Below, one piece after another: positions 39,107 through 48,531 of a stretch of DNA of 64,000 nucleotides. Location: the NCBI GenBank assembly GCA_963738405.1, contig CAVTWJ010000023.1, positions 1-64,000 on the forward strand. Direction: 5' to 3'. The DNA comes from a candidate division FCPU426 bacterium. GTDB taxonomy: Bacteria > Oederibacteriota > Muellerivitia > Muellerivitales > Muellerivitaceae. The translations under genes and the position numbers were made by a program. Each line of letters begins with the position of its first letter. Within the stretch, counting starts at the first letter, position 1. Below the pieces are notes generated by a model. It searched no databases and had not been told where the DNA came from. It worked only from the letters and a program-made list of their open reading frames with translations.

Positions 39107-40632
39107 TTCAGGTCCTGCGACCGGTCGCTAGGTATGTTGTTCTTGGCCAGGATATCCGCCGTGGCTTGTTTCGCCTTGGAAGCGTCCAGCACGATTTTGG
39201 TCCCCACTTCCACCGGAGCGTCTATTTCAATAACGTGGCGGCCGCCCTGGGGTTTCTCAAAGGCCTGGATCAAATCTTTCATTTCCGTGATGGGAACACC
39301 GTTGACCTTTTGAACGACCAGGTTCGTGTAATGCTCGTCATAGCCCTTGTTGATCTCATGGGAAAGGATATGGCTGATGATGACGACCTGTTTTTGGTTT
39401 TCGGAGGGAAGGCCCTCGAAATAGAGGGGCATGAAGCCTGAAGGCGCGGACTTGGCGATTTGCAGATAATTCATGGTGAGCGGGGTGAATACCAGCCCTC
39501 CAAAAATGAAATAGGTCGGATCGGTGTCGTATTTCACCAGGGGAACCAGGCGGGCGTCATCCTTCAAAGTGACCGTGATGGTCATTGTTTTCTTATCACG
39601 CAGAATCTTAAGGGGCAGCTTATCCCCAATCCGGTGGAGGCAGAGTGGATATTGAAAATTGAGTCGTTCTCCCTTGCGGAAATAAAGGGTGCCGTCATTG
39701 GCGATGGGGAATTTGTCGATTGAAAGAAGAATGTCATTTTCATGAATCAGTCCCCAAGCGGAAGACCCATATACAACTTTAGACGCCAATACTCCTGTTT
39801 GGCTCGCCTTCATTCCGAAATAATCCCGAAGAGAGTCGTTCTCCATGGATTCGGTGTAGAGTCCCAAAGTGGGGACGGGACTATAGCTTCCTTTTTTGAT
39901 TTGTCCCAGGAACCTTTGGATCAGTTGCACGGGCACGATATAGCCGGTATTTTGCGCCACTACCGCGTTGTAGCCTTGAAAGGCGACACCGACTAGTTTC
40001 TTATGGCTGAAAACCGGTCCCCCGCTGTTGCCGGGGTTGATTGCCGCGTTGGTTTGAATGCCCAAGAGATTGCGCATGGAATGGGAATAGGGGATGACCT
40101 CGATGCGGGAGACTTCCCCTTCGGTGATGGAGAGTTCTTCCCCGCCCACCGGATATCCGTAAACCGACACATTGTCTTTTAAAGAAGGCAAGGTCCCGAA
40201 TTTGACGGGTTTGGTTCCCTTGAAAAATTTCGGGTCATCTACTTTAAGAATGGCCAAGTCGCAATCGTGGGCCACGAATTCTTTTTTGGCCGTATATTTT
40301 TTGGCGTCCCCATCCTTAAGCACCTGGATGAAGATTTCATTGGAAACCACATGGGCGTTCGTCAGGATCAGGTTGCCGGATATGACACAACCGCTTCCGC
40401 TGATTTCTTCCTCGGGCCCCACTCTCCAGGGTTCGTAGTAGTTGGGGTTCTGGATGGTCGTGAAAATCTTGACCACGGACTTCCGCAAGGGGTCGTCGGT
40501 AGCTTTGGCAATGGACGGAAGCCAAAAACAAATTGCAAAGATGGCAGCCCAATATCGCAAATGCTTTTCAAGAGTTTGCGGATAGGCCAAGGGATTTACG
40601 ATTGCCTTCAAAAACATCTCCAGGAAAAACAA
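39103..40632 (-). CDS. HtrA/Deg family serine protease with PDZ domains
   Basis: LTNAHVV, DLAIL, AINPGNSGGP. Confidence 0.93.
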   Translation of the reverse strand: MFFLEMFLKAIVNPLAYPQTLEKHLRYWAAIFAICFWLPSIAKATDDPLRKSVVKIFTTIQNPNYYEPWRVGPEEEISGSGCVISGNLILTNAHVVSNEIFIQVLKDGDAKKYTAKKEFVAHDCDLAILKVDDPKFFKGTKPVKFGTLPSLKDNVSVYGYPVGGEELSITEGEVSRIEVIPYSHSMRNLLGIQTNAAINPGNSGGPVFSHKKLVGVAFQGYNAVVAQNTGYIVPVQLIQRFLGQIKKGSYSPVPTLGLYTESMENDSLRDYFGMKASQTGVLASKVVYGSSAWGLIHENDILLSIDKFPIANDGTLYFRKGERLNFQYPLCLHRIGDKLPLKILRDKKTMTITVTLKDDARLVPLVKYDTDPTYFIFGGLVFTPLTMNYLQIAKSAPSGFMPLYFEGLPSENQKQVVIISHILSHEINKGYDEHYTNLVVQKVNGVPITEMKDLIQAFEKPQGGRHVIEIDAPVEVGTKIVLDASKAKQATADILAKNNIPSDRSQDLK

Positions 40633-40874
40633 ATGTTTGATAGATCAACGATTTGGATTGCGAAGGATGTTTAGTGTAGCATGCGCCTTGTTAAACGATG
40701 GTCCAAATTCAATCAAACAAATACCGAAAGATTAGGCACTTTTGAAGTATTGGGATAGGTTTGTTCAGTAATTTTAAAAGCGGGGGAATGATTTTAATCC
40801 TGCGCTCACATCCAATGGATCTATCCCAGTGGATGTGAGCGTTCTAGAAGACGAACAATCAAACAATACTAATG

Positions 40875-41333
40875 CTACTCAAACCCATAGAAGGAATAGG
40901 GAATATTTTTTGAGTCGTGCACGGTGCTGTTGACATACACACTGCCATTCGTGCTGTCATACAGCCAGCCGGTGCTAGAAGCAGTTGGCGCTCTGCCCTG
41001 TGTTGTCATGGTCACCAAGTTTCCAACTGGAGAAGTACAGCCGGGAACGAAAGCCCCGGTTACCTTCACAGCCGAAATGTTGTCCATGTATTTGCTGAAA
41101 GAATAGGTGGACAAGGCGTTCAGCGTGCTCGGCCAAATTCCCTGTTGATCCCCGTAATAAATAGAAGCAGCTGATTTGAGAGAACCCAAGGTGCCCTTGG
41201 TGGCGCCTTCCCTGGACTTCTCAAGCATCTGTGCGAATTTGGGGATGGCAATCGCAGCCAAAATTCCGATGATAGCCACAACGATCATCAGTTCAATGAG
41301 AGTAAACCCTTTTGCTTTTAAACGAATCATCAA
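40875..41333 (-). CDS. Type IV pilin / prepilin
   Basis: KGFTLIELMIVVAIIGILAAIAIP. Confidence 0.93.
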   Translation of the reverse strand: MMIRLKAKGFTLIELMIVVAIIGILAAIAIPKFAQMLEKSREGATKGTLGSLKSAASIYYGDQQGIWPSTLNALSTYSFSKYMDNISAVKVTGAFVPGCTSPVGNLVTMTTQGRAPTASSTGWLYDSTNGSVYVNSTVHDSKNIPYSFYGFE

Positions 41334-41518
41334 CCCCTCCTAGAAACTTTTATGCCCAGTCGTTCTTTGACCCAGAAAAGGACAATATTTGGTATTGTAT
41401 AAGTCTTAATAAAACATTTATACATAATTGATACAGCAATTATCTTGTTTTCAAACAATTGAGATTCAAAAAAGTCACGATGCTCTTGAAAGAGAATATT
41501 CGATCTTTTTGGAAAAAA

Positions 41519-41536
41519 TGGCGGGGTTGACGGGGC
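41519..41536 (-). repeat. Second, 18-bp copy of the tRNA-Asp 3' end
   Basis: TGGCGGGGTTGACGGGGC identical to 41701-41718. Confidence 0.85.
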
Positions 41537-41700
41537 AATCGAACCGCTCCACTCGTAGGGGAAATTCCCCCTACGTTACCCCATTAAACAGCCGGGAAAC
41601 TCCCGTTTCCCGCACCCTTCCCATGGGTTCGAGCCCCAAGAACTCAACCAAAAACAAAAATGCCCACAAACAAATTTATGTTTATGGGCATTTATTTATA

Positions 41701-41745
41701 TGGCGGGGTTGACGGGGCTCGAACCCGCGACCTCCTGCGTGACAG
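41701..41745 (-). other. tRNA-Asp(GTC) 3' half; probable att boundary of an island extending rightwards
   Basis: Minus strand CTGTCACGCAGGAGGTCGCGGGTTCGAGCCCCGTCAACCCCGCCA; D-arm and 5' acceptor strand absent. Confidence 0.85.
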
Positions 41746-41874
41746 CGGGATGATCGCGATTCGTCACCACTCTAAACCCTTTTAATTACAGCAAAAAATT
41801 GACCTGCCCCCCAAAAACTGGTCCATTTGAAAAGTCACACTTTTCTATAATGGGCCCAGCCAAAGGGGGCATTT

Positions 41875-42153
41875 ATGCCAAGGAAGAAACACAGCGCCGA
41901 ACAGATTATATCCCTGTTGCGCCAAGCCGATGTCGAGCAGTCTAAGGGTCGTTCTGTAGAAGAAATCTGCCGTGAGCTTCAAATCACCCCGCACACCTAT
42001 TACCGCTGGAGAAAAGAATACGGCGGCCTCAAGTTGGACCAGGCCAAACGCCTCAAAGAACTGGAGAAAGAGAATTCCCAGTTAAAGCGCGTGGTGGCTG
42101 ATCTTTCCCTGGATAACCGCATCCTGAAAGACCTGGCCCGGGGAAACTCCTAA
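41875..42153 (+). CDS. IS3 transposase OrfA
   Basis: HTH and RLKELEKEN leucine zipper; GGGGAAAC slippery site before the stop. Confidence 0.92.
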   Translation: MPRKKHSAEQIISLLRQADVEQSKGRSVEEICRELQITPHTYYRWRKEYGGLKLDQAKRLKELEKENSQLKRVVADLSLDNRILKDLARGNS

Positions 42154-42176
42154 GCCCGGCGAAACGCCGAAAAGCC

Positions 42177-43019
42177 GTGAGGGAAGCCTGTGAAAACCAC
42201 AGGGTTTCCCAAAGGCGAGTCTGTCGGGCCCTCAACCATTCCAGAAGTACCCAACGCTATGTACCACGAATTAGGCCGGATGAACCGCCCTTAGTGGGAC
42301 GAACCATTGAGATGGCTTGCCAGTATGGGCGATATGGCTATCGGCGTGTTTGGGGGCTCTTGAGGAACGAAGGGTGGCGGGTAAACCACAAACGGGTGGA
42401 AAGAATCTGGAGGGAAGCAGGGCTGAAAGTGCCGAAAAAACAGCCGAAACGAAGGAGGCTGTGGTTCAACGACGGGTCATGTATTCGCCTGAGAGCTGAG
42501 CGGCCAAACCATGTTTGGAGTTACGACTTCGTGTCGGACGTGACGAGCGACAAAAGGCCGATGAGGTTTTTGACGGTGATCGACGAGTTCACCCACGAAA
42601 GCCTGGCTCTGCCGGTTCAAAGAAAGTTTACGGCGGACGATGTTCAGGCTGTTCTGGCGGATCTGTTTATCGAGCGAGGAGTACCAGAGTACATTCGTTC
42701 GGACAACGGCCCGGAGTTCACGGCCGAGAGGGTGAAGGATTGGCTGCCGAAAGTGGGCGTGAAAACTTTGTTTATTGAACCTGGAAGCCCATGGGAGAAT
42801 GGCTACAACGAAAGCTTCAATGGGAAATTCAGGGATGAACTACTGGACGGCGAGATATTCGACACGGTTTGGGAAGCACGCGTGATCGCCGAGAAGTGGA
42901 GGAAGGAGTACAATACGAAACGTCCGCACAGTTCACTGGGGTATCGGCCACCCGCCCCAGAGGCGTACAGCATGGAATCAACCAGTCAATTCAGGCCCAT
43001 GCCGACGTCAAGAAACTGA
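42177..43019 (+). CDS. IS3 transposase OrfB (DDE)
   Basis: WSYDF, SDNGPEF, ESFNGKFRDE. Confidence 0.95.
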   Translation: MREACENHRVSQRRVCRALNHSRSTQRYVPRIRPDEPPLVGRTIEMACQYGRYGYRRVWGLLRNEGWRVNHKRVERIWREAGLKVPKKQPKRRRLWFNDGSCIRLRAERPNHVWSYDFVSDVTSDKRPMRFLTVIDEFTHESLALPVQRKFTADDVQAVLADLFIERGVPEYIRSDNGPEFTAERVKDWLPKVGVKTLFIEPGSPWENGYNESFNGKFRDELLDGEIFDTVWEARVIAEKWRKEYNTKRPHSSLGYRPPAPEAYSMESTSQFRPMPTSRN

Positions 43020-43066
43020 GTCTATAGTGTGAGATATGGTGTGGCACTAAAACCGGGGGCAGGTCA

Positions 43067-43848
43067 GAACGATGGTGCCGATTTCTCTCCTCTAAAACAG
43101 CGATTAAAACATTTGTATCTAAATAGAATTCGCTATCTTTAAAAACTTCTTCGCTGAGAATGTAACCTTCAGGATCTATACCAACTGCTTTAGTAAGATA
43201 AAAATTTTGTACCGTGTTCCACTTTATCAAATCGAAATCTGGATCTGGCGAGGTCTTTAAAAATTCAATAAATCCTGTTTTTAATACCTCCGGATTAATT
43301 GATTTGCTTTTATATTTTATAACTAGTGCTGTTATGACTTGTAATACAAAATGACTTGATACAAATGCATCAATAGATTTTTCTTTTTTAAGTGCCAAAA
43401 CATATTCATCTGCAATTTTCGAAAATAAATTTGCTAAAAATTCTAAAAACGGTTCGAAGTAAGCATCAATTGCTTTGGCTTCCGTTAATCTAAATATTCT
43501 TTTAATTACTTTTTTATACCTATCATCAGACTCTTTGCGATTAAATTCGATTTGCTCATATGTCTCTTTAAATAAACTATATTTCCCATCCTCAATATGC
43601 AAATCATTCAACTCAACAAGCTTTGTCAAAACCTCCTCTAATAAAGCAACAGATAAAACAACACCACATTCTTTATGAATTTTTCCAACAATACGATGTA
43701 CATCCAATAATCTCGGATATTCTAAATACAGTGATTGTTTAATTAGCCTCTCAAGAGTTTTTTGCCGTAATAAGCCAATTGTTGGGACGAAACGTATAAC
43801 AGTAGAAAGTAATATCATTCGTTTTCGATATATGTCTATTTCATTCAT
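43067..43848 (-). pseudogene. AT-rich gene truncated by the IS at the start of a PIN-like domain
   Basis: FYLDTNVLI motif just before the IS end; AAGGAG RBS. Confidence 0.7.
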
Positions 43849-44131
43849 TCGTTTCTCCTTCAAATTCCTGAAAAATAGAAATTTCAGTATCAACAATCGC
43901 TTTAGGATATTCCATTCCTTACTTATTGACACATTTCTTTTCGATTTTTTATTCAACCCGGAGGGTTGTAGGAGGAAGAAAGTTAACTAGCTATAAAGGA
44001 ATGACACACTCATATACTTAATAAAATAAAAGATCGAAGCCCTCGTAGCTAACCACTCAAAAGATAGTTCAGGGTAAAAACCATAAAGAACACAAACCTC
44101 TTTTCCAACAATACCGTTCCCTTGCTTCCCC

Positions 44132-44339
44132 TCATCGCACCTGGGCCTTCGAGTCCGCAAAGACCTCCGCTTCCTCCGGGCTCATACCGGCTTCCATGGC
44201 CTTTTGCAGAATGGCCTGTCGGCGGGCTTCCTTCTTGGGTAAGGAACCCACGAAAGTCAGTGCCGAATTGTTCCTGTAATGAACCTTGGTCACCATCCGC
44301 TGGTGGAATCCACGGACATAGATGGATTCATAAAGACCC
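44132..44339 (-). pseudogene. 5'-truncated paralogue of 51300-51539
   Basis: LYESIYVRGFHQRMVTKVHYRNNSALTFVGSLPKKEARRQAILQKAMEAGMSPEEAEVFADSKAQVR. Confidence 0.85.
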
Positions 44340-44509
44340 TGCCTCCCCCCCTACTCCTCTAGTCCATAACCTACGGTCTGCCTTGCCTGCTCCCTCCCAT
44401 TACCCCCACCTCCCACTTAACTTTCAGCTTAAAGCTGTATTATCGTAACGAAAGGTATCTCCTCAACGTCTAACCATTCATCCCCTTCTATAAAAGGAAT
44501 TGGTATTTC

Positions 44510-45109
44510 ATGGAACGTGTATGTGTTTTCATTGATGGAAGCAATTTCTACTTCGCCTTAAAGCGCAACAACCGTGCAACCAGGGTGGATTATTACCAGT
44601 TAAGCCTTGCCCTGGCCGGACCCGACCGGCAACTGATCCGCACCTATTACTACAATGTCGCCTACGACAAAACCCAATTTCCCGACAAAGCCAAAACGCA
44701 AATGTCCTTCCTGGACTCCCTGGATCGGACCCCCTATTTGGAACTGCGTTTAGGCCGCTTGGTTTCCACATTCGATGGTAACGTTCAGGAAAGGGGCATG
44801 GACGTTTTAATTGCTTCCGATATGGTCTATTACGCCGCCCGCAAGGCCTGTGATACGGCTATTGTGGTAACAGAGGACGCTGTTTATTCCTCGGTCTTGG
44901 AGGAGGTAAAGGAATTGGGCCTGCACGTTGAAATCGCCACCTTCCAGGACAACCAAAGCCGGGAGCTTATTCGAGCATCTGACCTCCGAATTCCCCTGGA
45001 TACAGTCTTGGATCGATTCTCAACCAAAATATTCCCATCCGACGTTGATGACAATCGCGGTGGCACGGCAGATCGGGTTGGAAAGGTTCTAAAATCGTTC
45101 ATAAAGTAA
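44510..45109 (+). CDS. NYN-domain (LabA/DUF88) protein
   Basis: VFIDGSNF, QERGMDVLIASDM. Confidence 0.9.
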   Translation: MERVCVFIDGSNFYFALKRNNRATRVDYYQLSLALAGPDRQLIRTYYYNVAYDKTQFPDKAKTQMSFLDSLDRTPYLELRLGRLVSTFDGNVQERGMDVLIASDMVYYAARKACDTAIVVTEDAVYSSVLEEVKELGLHVEIATFQDNQSRELIRASDLRIPLDTVLDRFSTKIFPSDVDDNRGGTADRVGKVLKSFIK

Positions 45110-45125
45110 ATTGGGATGTGTGTTT

Positions 45126-45359
45126 ATGACAAAGGAATCTCTTCCCCCAGGTAGCCATGTAATCCATACCAAGACGCAGGTTATCGGTACGGTCATCAAA
45201 GAAATCGACGACTTTGTTTGCGTCAGGATCGCCAAGGACAAACCTCCGGTGGTTTGGAAAAGGGATGAACTGACTATCTGGAACGGAATGGAAGAAATTC
45301 AAAAGAGGCTCAAGCAAGGCGGGTGTATTAGGGATATCTTTCTGAAAATGACGGATTAA
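45126..45359 (+). CDS. Small hypothetical protein
   Basis: ORF directly after the NYN gene. Confidence 0.45.
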   Translation: MTKESLPPGSHVIHTKTQVIGTVIKEIDDFVCVRIAKDKPPVVWKRDELTIWNGMEEIQKRLKQGGCIRDIFLKMTD

Positions 45360-45396
45360 GTTTCACTTACAACTTGCTTATTTTTAACCTTTACCG

Positions 45397-47757
45397 TCAA
45401 TTGAGTTTACTGTTCACCATCTCTTCGATCTCCCTGATAAAGGTCTTCTGCTTTTCGTTCCCCGGACGAATAAAGAATAGTTGTTTCCGTGCCCTAGTGA
45501 TCGCCACGTACATCAAGCGCCTTTCCTCGGCATTCTGAAAGTTTTCCCTCGGGGCAGCAACCAAATCTAAAACAGGGTCGTCTTCAATAACGCTCGGGAA
45601 GCTATTCTTCTTGGGCGGTATGATAAAAACATAATCCGCTTCCAACCCTTTTGATTTATGGATGGTCATATATTCAATTTTCAGGCTTTTGAAGGTTTTT
45701 TGTAATTCGGTTAAATATACTGGGACATCTTCGTTGTAACGCCCCAAAAAGTAGACGCTGGCCCCTTTTCCTCTTTCAAACTTATCGATTGTTTCAATAA
45801 ACTTTTTCACGATGCTTAGATTATGAACCCAAATGACTAGATTTTTTTTGGGGGTTTGATGAAAGCTCCTGACCGTCTTTGATCGTTGATGAGGATTCTT
45901 TTCTATAAACTTTTTCCCTAAATCGACCACATTCGGGTATGACCGGTAGTTGACCCCTATTTCCACCACCTTATTGTTTGGAAACCTTTTTTCAAAATTT
46001 TGGATCATTCCTACGTCGCTACCATTAAACCGGTAGATGGATTGCCAGTCATCACCGACGAAAAATAGATGGCAATTATCGTTTTTATCCCCAATAGCCC
46101 GGATTAACTTAATAGCTCCCTGGGCCGTATCCTGGAACTCATCGACAATGATGTAACGAAACCTCAAACCCAATACCGGGAAAGCCTGAGTAACGTATTG
46201 TAGGGATTTATTCAGCATATCGCCAAAATCAATTTGTCCCTCCGACTCAATGGATGATTGGTAGGAATCGTAAAAGATCCTGAAAATTTTGAGGAAAGCT
46301 AGGTTACGCAACCTGTAGATGCTCGGCCCGTCCTGTGCCCTTACCGTTAAATCCTCAAAATTCAGGCCGCTGGTCTTAAAAAGGTCCGCAAACTTCCTAA
46401 GGATTTTATTCAGGAATTGGCTGACATCGCTTTTCCGGATTAGCTTATCCAGGTCAACCGGCTGTTCACTGAATTTGACCCCCTCCCCTCGAAGCATCTT
46501 TTCTAATTCTGTCTCAAGGATGCCATCGGCTTGTTGATGGCTGTATGTGCAAATTAATTTCGTATTATTGGTCTTGTGGAGCAATTCCTTCCATTTCATT
46601 CCCTCAACGTACTTTTTCTTTTCTTCATTCGTGAACCAAGGCGGAGGATTCCCTTTTTTATCCACTCCAAAATGTTCAAGATAAATCCCATAGTCCGTCA
46701 AATAAAAATCAGGCTGGTACTGCCTTTTCTCCAGAGTTTCGGTTGGAATTTCGTATGGCTTTTCGTATTCAAAACTCACTCCTTTTCTGAAAAGAAAATT
46801 TGCAATGACTTTTTCCTCAAGGCTTTTGACTTTATGGTTCGAAAGAGTGTAAAGGTCCCCAAGGTCCGCCACATACTCATCCCATTCTTTTTTCGTCTCA
46901 AAATCATATTTGGGAATATACGGCTTTAGGTAACCCGAGAAATAATTGAGAACCCCTTCATAGAATTCCTTATTCTTTAGGTAAAGGTCTTTAAAAATTT
47001 GAAAATCCAGGAAACCTTGGCTGTTTCGAGTAAGAGCGTCGTCCTTTTCCAACATCCGGGGTTTCTTTTTCGAACCCCTGGTGATGATTTGGTAACCCAG
47101 ACTATGGATTGTACGGCATTCAACATCCCCTATCCCGTACCAGTCTTTTACCCGACGTTTCATTTCCTCTGCGGCCTTCTTTCCGAAAGTCAAAAGCAGG
47201 ATATCCCCCGGATCAACCTTCTTACATTTCACTAGGTAACCCACTTTAGCCGCGATCACAGCCGTTTTACCGCTTCCGGCACCCGCCAAGACAAGGGTGT
47301 TGTCCTCGTCGCATATAACCGCCCGGCGTTGGTCATCATCCAAGGGGTTTGAACCGGACTTATCAAAAAAGTTCTTAAAGTTGGTTAATTCATGGCTAAC
47401 GAAGGTTTGGTTGTAGGAGTCTCTTGGTTGTAGTTCATCATTGCAAAGGGAACCGAATTGTTTCCACTTCTTCATCAGTTCAGGTTCAAAATTGAAATCA
47501 GCCAACAAATCAAAACCTTTTTCAATAACAACCACCGTTTTGCTTAACCAAACCTGGGCTTTCTTTTGATTAAAATATCCAGCGCCAAATTCCTGGTAAC
47601 CATTAAATTCATTAATCAGGGATTCCATTTCGGCTTGAAAAGCTTTGCCTTTTCCAGGCTCCAATTTTCTTTTGAGAAAATTCGGTTTGAATTTACGGAA
47701 CAATCTTGCGAAGAAATCCCACAAATGGCCTTCATTTTTTTTGGACCTATCCATCAA
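45397..47757 (-). CDS. UvrD/helicase IV-like SF1 helicase with an inserted PD-(D/E)xK-like domain
   Basis: AGAGSGKT, DEFQD, GDDWQSIY, TIHKSKGLE, YVAITRA; insert PDFYL..YLEHFG. Confidence 0.9.
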   Translation of the reverse strand: MMDRSKKNEGHLWDFFARLFRKFKPNFLKRKLEPGKGKAFQAEMESLINEFNGYQEFGAGYFNQKKAQVWLSKTVVVIEKGFDLLADFNFEPELMKKWKQFGSLCNDELQPRDSYNQTFVSHELTNFKNFFDKSGSNPLDDDQRRAVICDEDNTLVLAGAGSGKTAVIAAKVGYLVKCKKVDPGDILLLTFGKKAAEEMKRRVKDWYGIGDVECRTIHSLGYQIITRGSKKKPRMLEKDDALTRNSQGFLDFQIFKDLYLKNKEFYEGVLNYFSGYLKPYIPKYDFETKKEWDEYVADLGDLYTLSNHKVKSLEEKVIANFLFRKGVSFEYEKPYEIPTETLEKRQYQPDFYLTDYGIYLEHFGVDKKGNPPPWFTNEEKKKYVEGMKWKELLHKTNNTKLICTYSHQQADGILETELEKMLRGEGVKFSEQPVDLDKLIRKSDVSQFLNKILRKFADLFKTSGLNFEDLTVRAQDGPSIYRLRNLAFLKIFRIFYDSYQSSIESEGQIDFGDMLNKSLQYVTQAFPVLGLRFRYIIVDEFQDTAQGAIKLIRAIGDKNDNCHLFFVGDDWQSIYRFNGSDVGMIQNFEKRFPNNKVVEIGVNYRSYPNVVDLGKKFIEKNPHQRSKTVRSFHQTPKKNLVIWVHNLSIVKKFIETIDKFERGKGASVYFLGRYNEDVPVYLTELQKTFKSLKIEYMTIHKSKGLEADYVFIIPPKKNSFPSVIEDDPVLDLVAAPRENFQNAEERRLMYVAITRARKQLFFIRPGNEKQKTFIREIEEMVNSKLN

Positions 47758-47918
47758 TAACCAATCTTATGAATTTTGGCGCACGGTTTTTTCAACTTTT
47801 AATCTCACTCACGGTTTCCATTCTCCTTTTTACTTTTTGGAGTTTTGATGGCTTGAAGCCAACAAAGTCAGAAGAACGAATTTCGTTTTAATATCCTTTT
47901 TCTTATTCATTTCATTCA

Positions 47919-48398
47919 TCACCTTGGCTCAAATAGCTTTCTCAATTTTTCAATGTAATCCACCGGCAGATGATGTTCCACCGCTCCTGTTAAAATGACG
48001 TTTAGATAGTCTCTGCTGGGCCTATAGATTCCCTTTTTTATAACCTCGTAGGTAATAACATCGGATACCGATTTCTCACCCACCAGAATTTCAACCCGAA
48101 ATTGCCTATAAACACCCGAGGGGACCCCCTCTTTCATGTCAATGTTATCTAAAGACCTTTTGTCCGTTTCAAATAAAACTCCCCAGACCGTCTCATTTAT
48201 TCTTCTCACAATATCGGCGACCCCTCCGTTGCGGCGGTTTGATTTGTGAGTAAACGCCAATTGAAAATCTTTCAAGATGGCAACTTTAGGGTTGTTGAGG
48301 CTGATTTTGGAATGGTTTTCAACACACCATTTTCCCAGGTCTTCCGAATTCATATTTGAGCCATACGCGAAATAAAGGAAGGAATTGGATTGGTTCAT
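47919..48398 (-). CDS. Gamma-glutamylcyclotransferase family
   Basis: YFAYGSNM, VWGVLF, DMKEG. Confidence 0.88.
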   Translation of the reverse strand: MNQSNSFLYFAYGSNMNSEDLGKWCVENHSKISLNNPKVAILKDFQLAFTHKSNRRNGGVADIVRRINETVWGVLFETDKRSLDNIDMKEGVPSGVYRQFRVEILVGEKSVSDVITYEVIKKGIYRPSRDYLNVILTGAVEHHLPVDYIEKLRKLFEPR

Positions 48399-48531
48399 TT
48401 TGTTTATTCCGGGATTAATTTTTACGGATTTTACCCCTTCTCCAGAATGGTGTGGACGGAAGAAAATCCTCCGGCTTTTGAAGAATGAATGATCCACTCA
48501 TAAAAGGGGAGGTTGAAGCCCACGGACCGGG

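Larger units (their letters stand above)
41800..43066 (+). mobile_element. IS3-family insertion sequence (1267 bp)
   Basis: Terminal inverted repeats TGACCTGCCCCC / GGGGGCAGGTCA; orfA+orfB; no target duplication. Confidence 0.95.

Noticed and set aside
15590..40632. Many short antisense or overlapping ORFs in the track
   Set aside because: Shadows of well-supported genes in GC-rich coding sequence
41701..41776. Complete tRNA-Asp gene
   Set aside because: The 5' half is missing
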